The notes under the pieces: generated by a model
The model's database searches: none
The model's input: the letters and a program-made list of their open reading frames with translations, nothing else
What the model was told of the DNA's origin: nothing
Shown: in pieces, positions 25,021-38,967 of the stretch
Numbering within the stretch: the stretch's first letter is position 1
Layout of the letters: each line of letters starts with the position of its first letter
Translations under genes and position numbers: made by a program
Source of the DNA: Octopus sinensis
Taxonomy: Eukaryota
Length of the DNA: 64,000 bases
Assembly: GCF_006345805.1 (NCBI RefSeq)
Contig: NC_043007.1
Span: forward strand, 47,430,001-47,494,000
Direction: 5' to 3'

Positions 25021-28000
25021 TGTTGTAAAGAGGTCTTTTGAAACTGTTCTATCTGTCTTTTGACGACGGTTGTCGCTCTGACAGATATTGTTATCTTCCG
25101 AAGTTGTAGATAGAATGTTTCTATATAGAACTGTACGATCCCCCGTCGTGCAGTATTGTTATCCTCATCAAGTTGGATCGATATAACGTCAACTCAGTAT
25201 CACAGTGTAATCATTATACCAGCACTGACACGACTATCAACACAGTCTACACATACTCTCGACCTTCTGACCTTCTTTCTGTCGACCAGATACTGGACTA
25301 TTTATAATGGCCTACTACTACCACTTTTCAGGTGGGTTGTACAATTTCACCATACAGTATCTCCGCTATTAATTTTTTATTAACAATCAATTTCTTTCAT
25401 TCACCCTATCTCCTTTAAATATATATATATGTGTGTGTGTGGTGTGTGTGTGTGTGTGTGTGTGTGTGTACACTCAATATCTTTTCTTCTTAGGAATTGG
25501 GTGCTCTTCTTTTTTGTGTTGTTTCGACTTCTTTTAACGGTGTTGGAACCTGAAAAGTGTCTTATGTCCAATCCATCGGTATTTCTATTCTTGCTGGTTT
25601 CTTTTCTATGACTCTTGCCTGAAGCTGATTACTAGATCTCCTTTCCATTCCAGTTCTACTTCTTACACCATACGTCATTTTTCCAATGTATTTTACAATA
25701 TAGTTCGCCATTTTTCTACATTCTTACATATACCTTGTCACCGATTCTAAAGAATTTTTGCATGTCGTTAATAGCACGTATTCTTCACTTTTCTGTCAAA
25801 CATTAATTCTGCTGGCGAACTTCCTTCTGATGCATTTGGGTTCGGAGTTACCCTGTATACTCTTGAGAACTGTTGGATCGTGACCTCGTCCGTGGCGTCC
25901 TTATCAGCTTTCTTTAAAGCTCCCTTAAAAGTGTCCACGAACCAAATGGCCCTTCCATTCGATCAAGGGTAATACGATGTATAGTTTTATGTTCTAACGT
26001 GAACAACTCACAGAATCGTTTAAACTAACAGGATACAAACTGTATTCCGTTATTAGAGACAATTATATCCGGTACACCAAATCTTTCAAACAGCTTGTGT
26101 AAGAAATTTATTGTCATTTATGTGGTTAGTCGTTTACATCTCGCGACCTCAGACCATTTTGTGTAGCTGTCCATTACTATTAAGTAATAATATCCATTTG
26201 CCAGGCCTGCAAAATCGATATGCAATCGGGAACATGGTATTTCATTTCCGGCCAAGGGTCCCATTTTGTAGCATGTAGTTTCGCTGCCAGCACACACCCT
26301 TTGTAGCCTTTTGCCAGGTTTTCAACTTCCTTGTCCATACGCAAATTCGCATTAGCGTATTCGTTCTAGAAATGCCTGATTGTCTCACATGAAACTCTTT
26401 TAGCATTCTCTTCTGTAATGTCTGTGATATGACCACCCACTGAGCGTACATTAGTACACCATTATATATAGAGTACGCGTTCACATCTTGATGGTTCTTT
26501 GCATCGGACCTTTCTTTTATTTCCTTTTGTCGGCCGCAGTTTTCTTTTGTCTCATTAATAAATTTGTCATTTTTCACATTTCTTTTTATTTCCTCCAAAG
26601 TTACTGGTATTTCACGCACAATACAGCACATTACTTTTTTGTTTCTGCTTCTGCTCTTAGCGCTGCTATTATAGTGTCCCCCAGCTGTTCGTTATTTCTC
26701 GGAATTAGACTAGACAGACCATCGGCATCCGTTACGTTTTTAAAGGCAGGTATTCCATTCTATAATCTTAGTTTCATAGAATGGCACCCCACCGCTGCAG
26801 TCTGTTTGCCCTATGTGTTGGGATTCTTTTTCTTGGATCTGTATATCGTTATTAGAGGTCTATGATCTGTTTGCAGCCAAAAGTGTCTGCCGTGAATGAA
26901 ATGTGAATTTTTTCACGCCAAATATAATAGGCAACGCCTCTTTTTCAATCTGGCTATAGCTCCTGCCATCGTTATCCTTGTCTTGGAGCACGGCTTCGAC
27001 CCCATATTTGCTATCATCTATAGCTAGTATTATCTCTAAATTTAGGTCGAAATGCGTAAAATACAAATCTGAAGTAAACATCTTTTAACTGGTAAAATTT
27101 TTTCTAGCATTTCTCTGTCTAAACCCATTTGGCATTCTTATTTTAATAATTCTTTAAGTGGTCCCCTTACCTAATGTATATTTGGTATATACACTTGGTA
27201 ATAATTTACCAAGGACAGGAATGCTTGTAGAATTGTCACGTTCGACGGGGGCGGCATATTTCGTATTGCTGTCGCCCTTGATGGGTCCGCTCTGCGTCCA
27301 CTTTCGTCGAATACTTGACCTAGGTATTTTATTTTTTCATAAAAAATTCGCATTTATCTTCTGTCAATTTTAGACCGTATTCACTTATTCTCTCGAATAC
27401 TTTCTTTGTGTTCGACATGTTGCACCCGAGACTCGCTCTTTATCAGAATTCATCCATTATGTTCCACTTTTACTCCAAACGGTAATCGTTTAAACTTGTA
27501 CAATCTACGGTGCGTGATGATTGTTAGCAGATGTGTGCAATCTTCCTCTAACAGAATTTGAAAGTACGCCACTGAGAGGTCTAACTTCGAAAGAGTTTTC
27601 CTTCTGTTTAGTTTAGCAAAACCTTCTTCTGGGCTTGGAAGTGGGTAATTGCCGGTTAATAAACAGTCGTTTAACCCGGTTCAGAAGTCTGCACACGCTC
27701 TTAGCTTATAATAATTTTTTTACGTACACATGCGGTACTGTCCAGACTGCATTTTTCGTAAGTTTGTACAAGATTTTTGTTTCCTTTTTAGTCGAGGTAT
27801 TTAATCCTCCATGTGATTTAGTTTAAACTCTCCGTGTGAATGTTCGTTGCCACTGTTGTAAAGCGGTCTATTACCACTGTTGTATCTTGTATTTGTCTTT
27901 TGAAAATAATTGTCTCTCTGACAGATATTGTTATCTTCCGAAGACGTCGATAGAATGCTTCTTTATGGCACTGTACGACCCCCAGTCGTACAGTGTTGTT

Positions 28001-28213
28001 ATCCTCAGCAAGCTGGATCGTTATAACGTCCACTCACTATCACAGTATAATTACAATATCAGGACAAACACGTCTATCAACATTGTCTACACGTACTCTT
28101 GACTTTCTTACCTTCTTTCTGTCGACTGGACTATTTATAATGGCTGGCTACTACCACTTTTTACCGAGAGTGGTGTACAATTTCACTATGCAACAGTTGC
28201 CTGAGGTACTACA
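25021..28213 (-). mobile_element. Internally deleted, decayed Ty3/Gypsy LTR retrotransposon (RT, RNase H and integrase remnants, both LTRs)
   Basis: Direct repeats 25021-~25358 and 27854-28213; minus 5' LTR begins TGTAGT and ends ACAACA, then PBS-like TGGCAACGA; remnants [67 protein letters not shown]. Confidence 0.88.
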
Positions 28214-29049
28214 GAGATAAACTGACAATTCTGGTAATGCATTTTGAACTTCTGACCTATGAAATAAGCAGTATACTACGTTATCAATGTCAGTCGTCTC
28301 GCCAATACACCGATTAGTAATTACATGTTTAATTCTGTGTGATTTATATCTATGTAAATGATGCTAACATAAACATTAAATGAAACGGTCGCAATATTGA
28401 TTAGGTTTTTCTATGTTAGCGACGCATTTAATTTTACAGTGAGTCAATCAATAAGTTTATAGTAGAAGACGTATCTAATTGTAGAAGCTTATCCGATGGT
28501 ACATCACTGGCAGTTTCTTCATTTTGATCAGATCGAAATTGTTTGGGTTGCATAATCATACATACAATGTGTAGGAATATATTAACGCCTTTAGAACCGC
28601 TAGAGCTCAATAGGGAAGTATGTTTCTCAACGTGATTCTACATGTTTTATATCGATAAGATGTGTTGCATTTAATTCAATAGTTTGCATGTTTTTAGTTT
28701 AATTCTCGCGTGAATTGAAATTACTTTTCTTGTCTTGGGAAATATGACAAAATATTAATTTCTGATATTAGCACGAGGTCAGAAGTTTTTGAGGAATGAA
28801 GACAGCCAATTAAATTGTTGCTAAGCTTATCGATCCTTGGAAACTAAAGAGTTCAACGTTGGTGAAATCCAACAGATCCTGGATTATTGATTTCGGTGAG
28901 AGCAGTGATATCACGATTGTGATATAACTGTATGTATTATGTATGTATGTATGTATGTATTATGTATGTATGTATGTATGTATGTATTTATGTATGAATG
29001 TATGTATGTGTGTATTATATGTGTGTATGTATGTATTTATGTATGTATG

Positions 29050-29260
29050 CGCGTATATATGTGTTTTACTTGCTTCAGTCATTCGACTGCTACCATCTTG
29101 GGGCACTACCTTGGAGAATTTTAGTCGAACGAATTGCTCTCAGCGCCTATTTCCTCCAGCCTCGTACTTATTCTATAGATCTCTTTTGCCGAACTGCTAT
29201 ATTTCGAGGGCGCACAAACACCAGTTGTCAAGTGGCGGGGGCACAAACACACACAGGCGC
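29050..29260 (-). mobile_element. SINE family A 3' half
   Basis: ttacttgcttcagtcattcgactgc ... cgtacttattctat ... ccagttgtcaagtgg. Confidence 0.7.
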
Positions 29261-29379
29261 GCGCGCATGCACACATACATACATGCAAACATCCATGCAT
29301 ACATACATACATACATACATACATACATACATACATACATACATACATACATACATACATACATGCATGTATGCATACA

Positions 29380-29750
29380 GTTGGCCGTCCTGGTCCGAGT
29401 TCATCTGTGACCACGAAATGAGCAATCCCAAACCTTGACACCTAAATTTTCACTGTGGGGTAAAGTGAGAAGCCATCTTTGAAGACTTGCTTCATCTCGC
29501 CATAGATTTGCGACGCTCCTTTGCCTTGCAGAACGAGAAACTCCATGACTGTCCGTGCTTCAATTTCACCAAAATCCATTGTAGGAGCTGCCATCATGCA
29601 TTAGATCTGTAAAAAGAAAAGAGAATGATATTCTGTACATCATTAATTTTTGTATACATTCACTTAAATACTTGTCCTACAACTCTGTAAGGTAACAGCT
29701 CAACCCTTTCGCGATACCCTTACAGTCGGGAACTTTTCAGCACCCTTTCG
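29380..29750 (-). mobile_element. Mariner 5' fragment (TIR and transposase N-terminus)
   Basis: TIR cgaaagggtgctgaaaagttccc; translation MDFGEIEARTVMEFLVLQGKGASQIYGEMKQVF...VSRFGIAHFVVTDELGPGRP. Confidence 0.8.
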
Positions 29751-30117
29751 TAAAAGCGTTGTGGACATTCCATCAGATTTTATATGAATACAACATTTTA
29801 AAATATCTACGTCGCTGACGTGAGGAGACGTTCAGAACTCGAGGAATACGAAAACACGTTGATGAGTACGGGTTATTTCTCCTTAATCAGAGAGAAAAAA
29901 AAGCATTTATAGAAGCTTAACGAGCAAACGGGGAGATCCAATTTTCTAGTAAGTAGCGCTTGAAGTGAATGCATTTAGGAAACGATTCTCTACGGCTATT
30001 TAATGCGCAGGCTTCTTAAAGCCCTTAAGAATTTCGGTTCTCTCCGCAATGCAGAACTTGCTTCTTCCTGATATATGTTTTTTTGTTTATTAACTGTATA
30101 CACACACACACACACGC

Positions 30118-30254
<137 letters not shown>

Positions 30255-30653
30255 TGAATATTGAAAGTGTCGTGAATGAATGGCCCTTGATGAAATTGCA
30301 ACGACTAGAATGTATAATTGCATACAAAGTAATGTGCAGTTGCTGCAGTCGAAACATATGTAGGTCAGGTGTATATGTTGTAGAAACCTTTTAAATAAAG
30401 ACAGTTACGCATGTGCATGAAATCTCCACTCTCCTCTTCGTTATCAACATTATTAAATTCTCTACGGATAATTGGTATTTCTGAATAGGAACGCGAAATT
30501 ATCCGAGAAAAATTTACCAGTACCAGTATATCTTCCTAAGCTTGAGTACTATATAATGAAGCAGTCATCTAAACCAACTTGAGAAACAATACGGTATCAT
30601 CTAAGATAACTTATCCCTTATATATTCACTCGCGCTCTCTCTTTCTCTTTCTC

Positions 30654-30696
<43 letters not shown>

Positions 30697-30700
30697 ATAC

Positions 30701-30733
<33 letters not shown>

Positions 30734-30740
30734 ATATATA

Positions 30741-31180
30741 TAAGAGGCCAAAGTGTACGTATGCCGCCATATGTATATAAAAAGGAATACAAAAAAAAAG
30801 GACAAGAGAAAACAAGGACGCTCGAACCAAGAACGAAAGGTCAGGCTTGGCTGAACATCGGTCACGTGGAGAAAGAGGTGAGAGGTAGAAGCAGAGAGAT
30901 AGAAAAATTAGGGAGGGACGAAAAAGAGGGACAAAGGGAAGTGAAAGAGGAGGGAAGGTGAGAAAGCCTGGAAATGTGAGAGAAGGGGAACGAAAGAAAG
31001 AAGAATGGAACGAACAAAGTAAGTGTGAAGGGGCTGATAGAAAGAAATACAGAATGATTCGTTGTCCCTTTTTTGTATCATCTAACTGCCAGGATGTTTT
31101 GCCTTCATGTCCCATTTTTTGTATTCCTTTTTATATACATATGGCAGCGTACGTACATTTTGGCCTCATATACATATATA

Positions 31181-31211
<31 letters not shown>

Positions 31212-31223
31212 AATATATGTATG

Positions 31224-31272
<49 letters not shown>

Positions 31273-31273
31273 G

Positions 31274-31328
<55 letters not shown>

Positions 31329-32010
31329 TATATATAAATTTTCTTTCTTTCTATCAGCCCCTTCACACTTACTTCGTTCTTTCCACTCTTCTTTCTTTCG
31401 TTCCCCCTCTCTCACATTTCCTGACTTTCTCTTCATTCTCAACTTCCCTCTATCCCCTTTTTCGCCCCTCCCTAAATCTTCCATCTCTCTGCCTCTAACT
31501 CTCACCTCTCTCCACGTGAACTGTGATCGGCCAAGCCTGACCTTTCTTTCTTGGTTCGACTACCATCCGGGCAACATCTATATTCCTCCCCATGCCTGTC
31601 ATCTCTTATTCCCTGCCATAAGGGTTCACTTCCACACTCACCAGCTTAATTTAATTCGTCCTTAGTCGAAAGACGCCTGTTGTTAATGTCCTGTTATATT
31701 TATTTGTATTGTGTACCATTTCTCCGTTTTTTTTTCGTCCTTCTTTTCCTATACATTCGCTGCTTTCTTCCAAGAAATCTAGTGCTCTGAGCTTAGTTTT
31801 TCCTTGGGGCTGACCAGAGTGGCGCAATCTCGAGTATAACCAGCCGAAATTGCAAAGATAATCTGGAACTCGACTGAGGAAAGAAAGCTCCGAATGATCC
31901 GTCCTTGTTTTTTCTTGTCCTGTTTTTGTATCAGCTGTCTGGATGATTTGTTGTCCCTGTTTTTATCATCTAACTGTCTGGATATTTTGCGTTCTTGTCC
32001 CATGTTTTTA
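30741..32010. repeat. Complex of rearranged, partly inverted copies of one non-coding repeat family (probable PLE UTR/pseudo-LTR)
   Basis: 30820-31046 is inverted at 31335-31560; 30741-30810 is inverted at 31100-31170; 31890-32005 resembles 31055-31130 and 39915-40015. Confidence 0.65.
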
Positions 32011-32022
32011 TTCCCTTATATA

Positions 32023-32109
<87 letters not shown>

Positions 32110-32240
32110 ACATATATATACATATATATACATATATATGCATATACATACGCGCACACACACACAAACACACACATATATATATATATATACATATATA
32201 TACATATACATACACACACACACACATATGTGTATATATA

Positions 32241-32275
<35 letters not shown>

Positions 32276-32285
<10 letters not shown>

Positions 32286-32609
32286 TATTAGAGACAAAAC
32301 CACTATTTTGCAAAACAAACAAGGAAAGACTTAATCAATACATAAAATTTTAATAAATAGTAAAAAAAACCGCCACTACAATTGTTTCTTGTCTTGATCG
32401 AAGATTATCGATCAAGACAAGAAACAATTGTAGTGGCGGTTTTTTTGACTATTTATTAAAATTTTATGTATTGATTAAGTCTTTCCTTGTTTGTTTTGCA
32501 AAATAGTGGTTTTGTCTCTAATAATATTTTATAATATTTTACTATAAAATTGGATTTAATCCTAAATCTGATTTTTTCCCTGTAAATTTGGATTTATTCC
32601 CTAATATTT

Positions 32610-32612
<3 letters not shown>
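32276..32612. mobile_element. Near-perfect palindrome (~125-bp arms, 8-nt loop) in (TA)n, centred in a hammerhead stem II
   Basis: Arms 32276-32400 and 32409-32533 with one mismatch; GAAAC-AATT-GTA-gtgg at 32421-32436. Confidence 0.9.
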
Positions 32613-32651
<39 letters not shown>

Positions 32652-33669
32652 AGGAAGGGTGATCTAATCTATTAGATTAGATTTTTATTTTGTCTGTGAG
32701 GGTGTGTATGTTAGGTCATGCGGCATTTTCCAACTAACTGTTACCAATACCAAATTCAAAGCACCACACCGTAAGACTTACGGTAATAACAATCTACTTC
32801 TGTCGTTCAAATTCAAATTGCTTGAAGACTAGCATCACGCTTGAAACTCAAGTGTACAAATGAGTTTGAATTAAACTGTTTCGATCCACATATATAAATA
32901 TATATATATATGTATATATATACACATATACGTATCCATATACAGATACACATGTATACTTCATATAAATTTATGCATATATATACATGTATGTGTGAGT
33001 ATGTGTCAGTGTGTGCTTGTGCGGGGGGGGCATGTGTGTGTATATGTACGTGCATGTGCAACTGGTTTCTAAATACGTGGCAATTGATTATATAGAGATA
33101 TATTTGTTATATATGTATGTTATAATGATTCGGTATAACCGAAGAAAGTAAGAATTTACAAAGGCTTTCTAGCTTAGTCTTGAGATAACGCAGTGTTCAT
33201 AGCTGTTGCAAACCTTGGGAGACGACATTAAGATTAATGCAATTAATATCCACTGAAACTATTACAGAGAACTGCTTTTCTCAGAAGAAAGGGATGGGCG
33301 TAATGCTCAGCGAGAGAGCTTGATTCGAGTTTGGGCACAGCATAAATAATATATGAAGGTGAAGGAGAAGGAGAAGCACTTGTAGCGAGAACTTTTCATG
33401 GAGAGTATTGGACTAACAGATTCCGAGAATCTGAAGCTGGTACTAATAGAAGAAAGTAAAAAAAGACTCAGCTTGGAACGTGGCCGCGCTTGATGTCACA
33501 TTTCTCGTTTTATTGTTTAGGTAGTTATCCGGTACTGTAGTGTAGACAGACGGTGACCTAGAAGAATCTTTAGTCAGGATAGAATACAGGACATATCACA
33601 ATTTATAGGATCACAGTGACTGATTGAATAGAGGTATGAAGGTACGCTCAAAGTAGAGATTTGACCCGA

Positions 33670-33850
33670 ATGCCTTCAACAGATTGTCCTCTGCTGAAAA
33701 CGCCTAAGGTGAGAGATGTTGGTGTTAAACCTGGCTACGAATTTAGTCTAACATCCAAAGATGCCATGGTTGTATTTGAACTCGGAATATAATGAGCCCG
33801 AACCAGTACTTCGGGTTATCAGATCCGATGCTCTAACAACTCTGCCAATG
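33670..33850 (-). mobile_element. SINE family B, diverged
   Basis: ttgtatttgaactcggaatataatgagcccgaacc...gctctaacaactctgccaa. Confidence 0.5.
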
Positions 33851-34629
33851 TGCATTCGTACATAGACACGTACTTACACATACGCACACATATCTACCCC
33901 CACCTATATAGTTAAACAAACAAACATATATATATATATATATATACTATTTTCTGTACGTTAATACGGATATGTGTATTGTATGTGGTGAGGTAAGAGA
34001 AACGAAACGAGAAAGAGAGAAATATTTAGAATAAAATTTCGATTTGCGTGTAACTAGTTTTTATGAAACTTGCTTGTAAGGCAAACTTTTTAAAAGTCAA
34101 AACAAAAATGACTTTTACTTTTCTCGTAATCAATGGTTAAAAAATGACGTCCGAGTTTCAATAGTTTATGAGACACTGCAACAAATATTTAAGCAATCAA
34201 TCAAATAAGCAAGTAATTTCGATTTACGTATTACATTTAGCTCACCGACCGTTTGACGTGTTGTATAGAGTTAGAACAGATAGAATTTTTTTCTGTAGAT
34301 TTTTTATTAGTGAAATATTGCGTAACAGAAGAAAATAGTTTTATTTACATGTGTGTATGCGTGTGTGCGCGTATGCGTGTGTGTGCGCGCGTGCGTGTGT
34401 ATGTGGGCGCGCATACGTGTGTGTGTGTGTGCGTGCGTTTTCTATACGTAAGACAAACAAGATTAAATATCAGAACACAGTTTTTTTTTGTCTTTTCATG
34501 GACTGTACTCAAAACAAAATTGATGTACGGACAGAGCTTATTTTGGATATGTAATTTTTGTTTCCATTACACATAGTACCCAAATTCGAACTATGTAACT
34601 TTAAACGTTTCTGGTACAACAAAACAGTC

Positions 34630-35010
34630 TAGCTAGCAGCAGTAATGAATGACGGATAATAACAGAAAGCGTACGTTCGCTAATACAACTGAGCGAAATG
34701 GGGTTCCTCCGAATGATGTCTGGAGTAACGTTACTCGATAGGCTGTGTAGCTTAGAGAACAGAGAATTTCTCCAGTAAGAACGGCTACTTCTTTGCATTG
34801 AAAAGTCACAGCTCCAGTACAACAGGCTTGTGATCAGAATGTCACAGGAAAAATTGCTAGATAGATTCTTCCAACCGCCAGGGGACTTTCGGTTAGCCGA
34901 AGAAAAAGATATATGAATAATATCTAGTTTCAGCTTGGCACGCTTGGAAATTCAGTCGGAAAATCTAGTGACGGTTGCCTCAATAGGACATTATGCAGGA
35001 GGTATCTAAG
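34630..35010 (+). mobile_element. RTE-clade LINE 3' fragment
   Basis: TERVRSLIQLSEMGFLRMMSGVTLLDRLCSLENREFLQ*ERLLLCIEKSQLQY...IRMSQEKL. Confidence 0.8.
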
Positions 35011-35089
35011 GATTCTATTCATCTGACCTTCGCGGGAATAGCAGGAGTAGAAACTGGATGGATGAGGGAATGGATGGATTCCACTTTCC

Positions 35090-36186
35090 ATTACTTGAGT
35101 GTTCATGATCAAAGTGTCAATGCCGAGTCGAATGTCTCGGAGGTGTTCCGCAAAACAGTGAGCCAAGTGGCGTCCCGTTTGCCCGATGTATAGAGAAGAG
35201 CAGAGAGAGCAGGAAATGCAGTAGATGTCATCGGTAGAAGTGCAGTTGAATGAGTCGGTGATGTGATAGGGTCGATGATGGGTGCCGGTGAGGAGGGTGG
35301 TGTTGGAGAGGTAAGGGTAGCAGCGTGGACGGGAGCAGGGGAACGAACCGGTTTGGGAGATTGGGTTGGGGAAGAAGCTGGGCACCATGAGATCCCGTAG
35401 ATTGTGAGCTCGTTTGAAGGAGGGGAGGGTCGGTTAGGGAAGATGTGCGAAGTGGAGGGGTCGGACTGGAGTCGCGGAAGGCTCGGAGATTGGTGCGTTG
35501 GAGAGGTAAGGTGGTGGAGTGGTAGGTGGGGGAAACGGAAGACGGGAGACGGCGGAGCGGGGGCGGGGGCGGGGGAAGAGAGCGGGGGAGAGAGCACGAT
35601 CCATGGAACGTGCTCTGGCAAGGGTGGTGCGGATAGTGGTGAGGGGATATCCACGTAGGATGAAGTGGCGAGCCATGAGTTGAGACTGAGTCTCAAAATC
35701 ATGGTCGTCACTACAGAGCCTGCGTAGACGGAGGAATTGGGTATAGGGGATGGAAAGCTTGGTGTGACTAGTGTGGGAGAAGGAGAAGTTGAGGTATGAG
35801 AGTGAGTGTGTGTGTTTGTAGTGGATGGAGGTGGTGAGAGTGGAGTGATAAATGCTGATCGAAATTTCAAGAAAGGAGACAGAGGTGTCAGAGATAGTGC
35901 AGGAGAGGTTGAGGGCAGGATGGAAAGATTTGACACAAGAGAGGAAGGGGTCTAGCTGTTCGCGGGAGAGTGATGTCGCACAGTCGTCGATATAACGGCC
36001 GTATTGCTCTCGAGTGGGACCAGTGAAACTTGAGAATACTTGGGTCTCAACGTAGCCAACGAACAGGTTCGCATAGTTGGGGCCCCTGGCCACTCCCGAT
36101 AAATGCTGGTCGGGAGTGGGACTAGTGAAACTTGAGAATATTTGGGCTTCAACGTAGCCAATGAACAGGTTCGTATAGTTGGGGAT

Positions 36187-36190
<4 letters not shown>
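35090..36190 (-). mobile_element. Penelope-like element, 5'-truncated: RT C-terminal half plus GIY-YIG endonuclease
   Basis: GPNYANLFVGYVE, YGRYIDD, SFHPALN, SVSFLE, SIPYTQFLRLRRLCSDDHDF, RGYP; FPCSRPRC...FNCTSTDDIYCISCSLCSSLYIGQTGRHLAHCFAEHLRDI. Confidence 0.93.
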
Positions 36191-36237
<47 letters not shown>

Positions 36238-36860
36238 CGTGCGTAAATACAAATATGCATGTATAGACAGATAGAGAGAGAGAGAAACATGAAGCAGGAT
36301 TTAGGTATTCATGTATTTGATCTGCCATGTACACTATTTCTGTGTTCGATAATTGGTGATGTCATATAAATGCAATTTAATCCTACCGAAAACGGCTTCA
36401 GAAAAAGTTGCGCACTTAGTGGCGGATCTATAAATATATATGTATATGTCTGTTTGTGTGTCTGTGTGTATGCGTCTGTGCGTGTGACTGGGAGTGCGTG
36501 CGTGCGTGCGTGCGTGTGTGTGTGTGTCTCCCTCTCTCTGTGTATGTGTCTCTCTGTGTGCATGTATGTATGAATGCATGCATGTATGTTTACGAAAACA
36601 GAAAAATGGAAATGTTTTGGCATTATTTATTCACCATTACATTTGTTTCACTTGCAAATTGGAATTACAAGGTTTTACATGTTAGATGGACATGTAAAAG
36701 TTTTCCCATTAGAAATTCTTCAAATAGAGAATCGAATGATACTATTATATATTATTCGATACTTTGTTAGAAGAATTTTCTGCTCCCCACCACATATTCA
36801 CTGTATTCATTTTATCAATTTTAGTATACATGCATATATCATACATACATACATATATAT

Positions 36861-36920
<60 letters not shown>

Positions 36921-37036
36921 CTACATGCACATATACATGCGTATGTATATATAGACAGATGAATAGCTAGCTAGATAGATAGATTGATAGATACACACAG
37001 ACACACACACACATACACACACAGCACACGCACACA

Positions 37037-37074
<38 letters not shown>

Positions 37075-37087
37075 ATATATATATATA

Positions 37088-37955
37088 TATGAGTAAAAAT
37101 GCTAGTTCTAAAATCTCTAAGAGATCAATGCAGTAGATTTACAAGCAAGTAGTGTTCGTAGCCACTTCAACATGGCTGTCCATTCGAACGGACTTTACAG
37201 CAATTTTTTAACCGCAAGAGGTCATCTCCTCTAGCCGGTTAACAATGCATAACTGCATTTCATATATTGCATCTGATATATTTTTGATAGGGAAGCGAAC
37301 CCCTACCACCTTATAGCGACGGGACCAGCAGACCAGTCTGGTTTCAGGCTTCTGCCTCTGGTTTCTGCCTCTGTTCAGTACTGGACACCTCGTCTGCGAG
37401 AGATAGCAGTAGCTCATTTCTTCTCGCAATATATATGATTTGAAGGGCCACAAAATCAGCAACTGTGTGTTAAATTATATATATTGCGAACAGAAGCGAG
37501 CTACTGCCAGCTCTAGCAGACGAAGTGTCTAGTACTCAAGAGGTGCAAAAAGAGCCCGAAACCAGACTGGTCAGCTGGTCCGTCGTTAGAAAGTAGTGTG
37601 TTCGCTCTCCTGCTCGTAATACATCGGATGCAGCTATGCATCGTTAACCAGCTAGAGGATATGTCCTCTTGAGGTTAAGAAATCGCAGTAAAATCCGTTC
37701 AAACGGACAGCCATGTTGAATGGCTACAAACATTACTTGTTAGTACAACTTTTGCGTTGATCTGTTAGAGAGATTTTAGAACTAGCGTTTTCATATGTTG
37801 CAAAATCAGCGACTGTGTCGCTTGAAATTATATATATATATTACGAGCAGAAGTGCATAGTTAACGAGATAGAGGAGATGTCCTCTTGGGGTTAAAAAAT
37901 CGTAGTAAAGTCCGTACGAACGGGCAGCCATGGTTAAGAGGCTACGAACATTACT
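37088..37955. mobile_element. Fold-back element (~710 bp, arms ~350 bp) followed by a deleted extra arm copy
   Basis: aaaatgctagttctaaaatctc...ttctcgcaatatatatgattt is inverted as aaattatatatattgcgaacag...gagattttagaactagcgtttt; 37800-37955 repeats parts of the right arm. Confidence 0.8.
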
Positions 37956-38192
37956 TATGGGTGTATGTGTGTGTGTGTGTGTGTGTGTATCACATCCCAA
38001 GAATTTTGAAACTTCGAGAGAACTTGAAATAATATAATGTAATAGTCAAAGGATAATATATATTACATAGAATCCTTTATAGTAACAATATAATATATGT
38101 TATTGTTATATAATACATTATATAACATTTTATTATATTATCAATATATACTCCACACATAGACATACACACACAAACACACAAAAGTAAAC

Positions 38193-38274
<82 letters not shown>

Positions 38275-38821
38275 GCACACTACAGAAGCATAGGTTCCTC
38301 TGAGCTGTATTGTTTATTACAAGTTATACTTGTCGCTAATGTAGGTAGTTGAAAATTCACCATAATCGTCACACATTTTAGTAATATATGCGCGTTTTTT
38401 TTATTTCAACAACTTAATGTTAGTTAATGACATAAATACATTCTCCATAGATATAAAGCATCAGAGACTTTCTGCGAAAGTAGTTTTATTTGCCCTATAT
38501 TTTTACTGTCTACGTAAAAATATAATTCTTAGAGAAAGTATGTGACATGAAAAAAATAGAATATTTTCTTTCTAAATCATTGGTAGTTTCTTGGGAGAGA
38601 AGTTTACCACTTTTAGTGCGACAGATCATGAAATTTCTTTCATTCAAAATGGCTGTCCACTCTAATCTGTGATTCTAATATTTTGTCAAGTCTCCGTAGA
38701 GTCATAAATCCTTCTGTGTGTCAAAGCTGGAGACGTATACGCACTCATCAAAAAGACACACACACATATATATATGTATGTATATATATATGTATATATA
38801 TACATATACATATAATAGATG

Positions 38822-38884
<63 letters not shown>

Positions 38885-38886
38885 TG

Positions 38887-38967
<81 letters not shown>

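Noticed and set aside
29990-30075. Possible minus-strand hammerhead remnant (gttct/agaac stem, CGAAAT)
   Set aside because: The core reads CAGGAAGA and there is no stem III or UH; too degenerate to call.
35109-35936. 275-aa Pro/Ser/Thr-rich ORF
   Set aside because: It is an alternative frame of the C-rich Penelope RT-endonuclease strand, not an independent gene.
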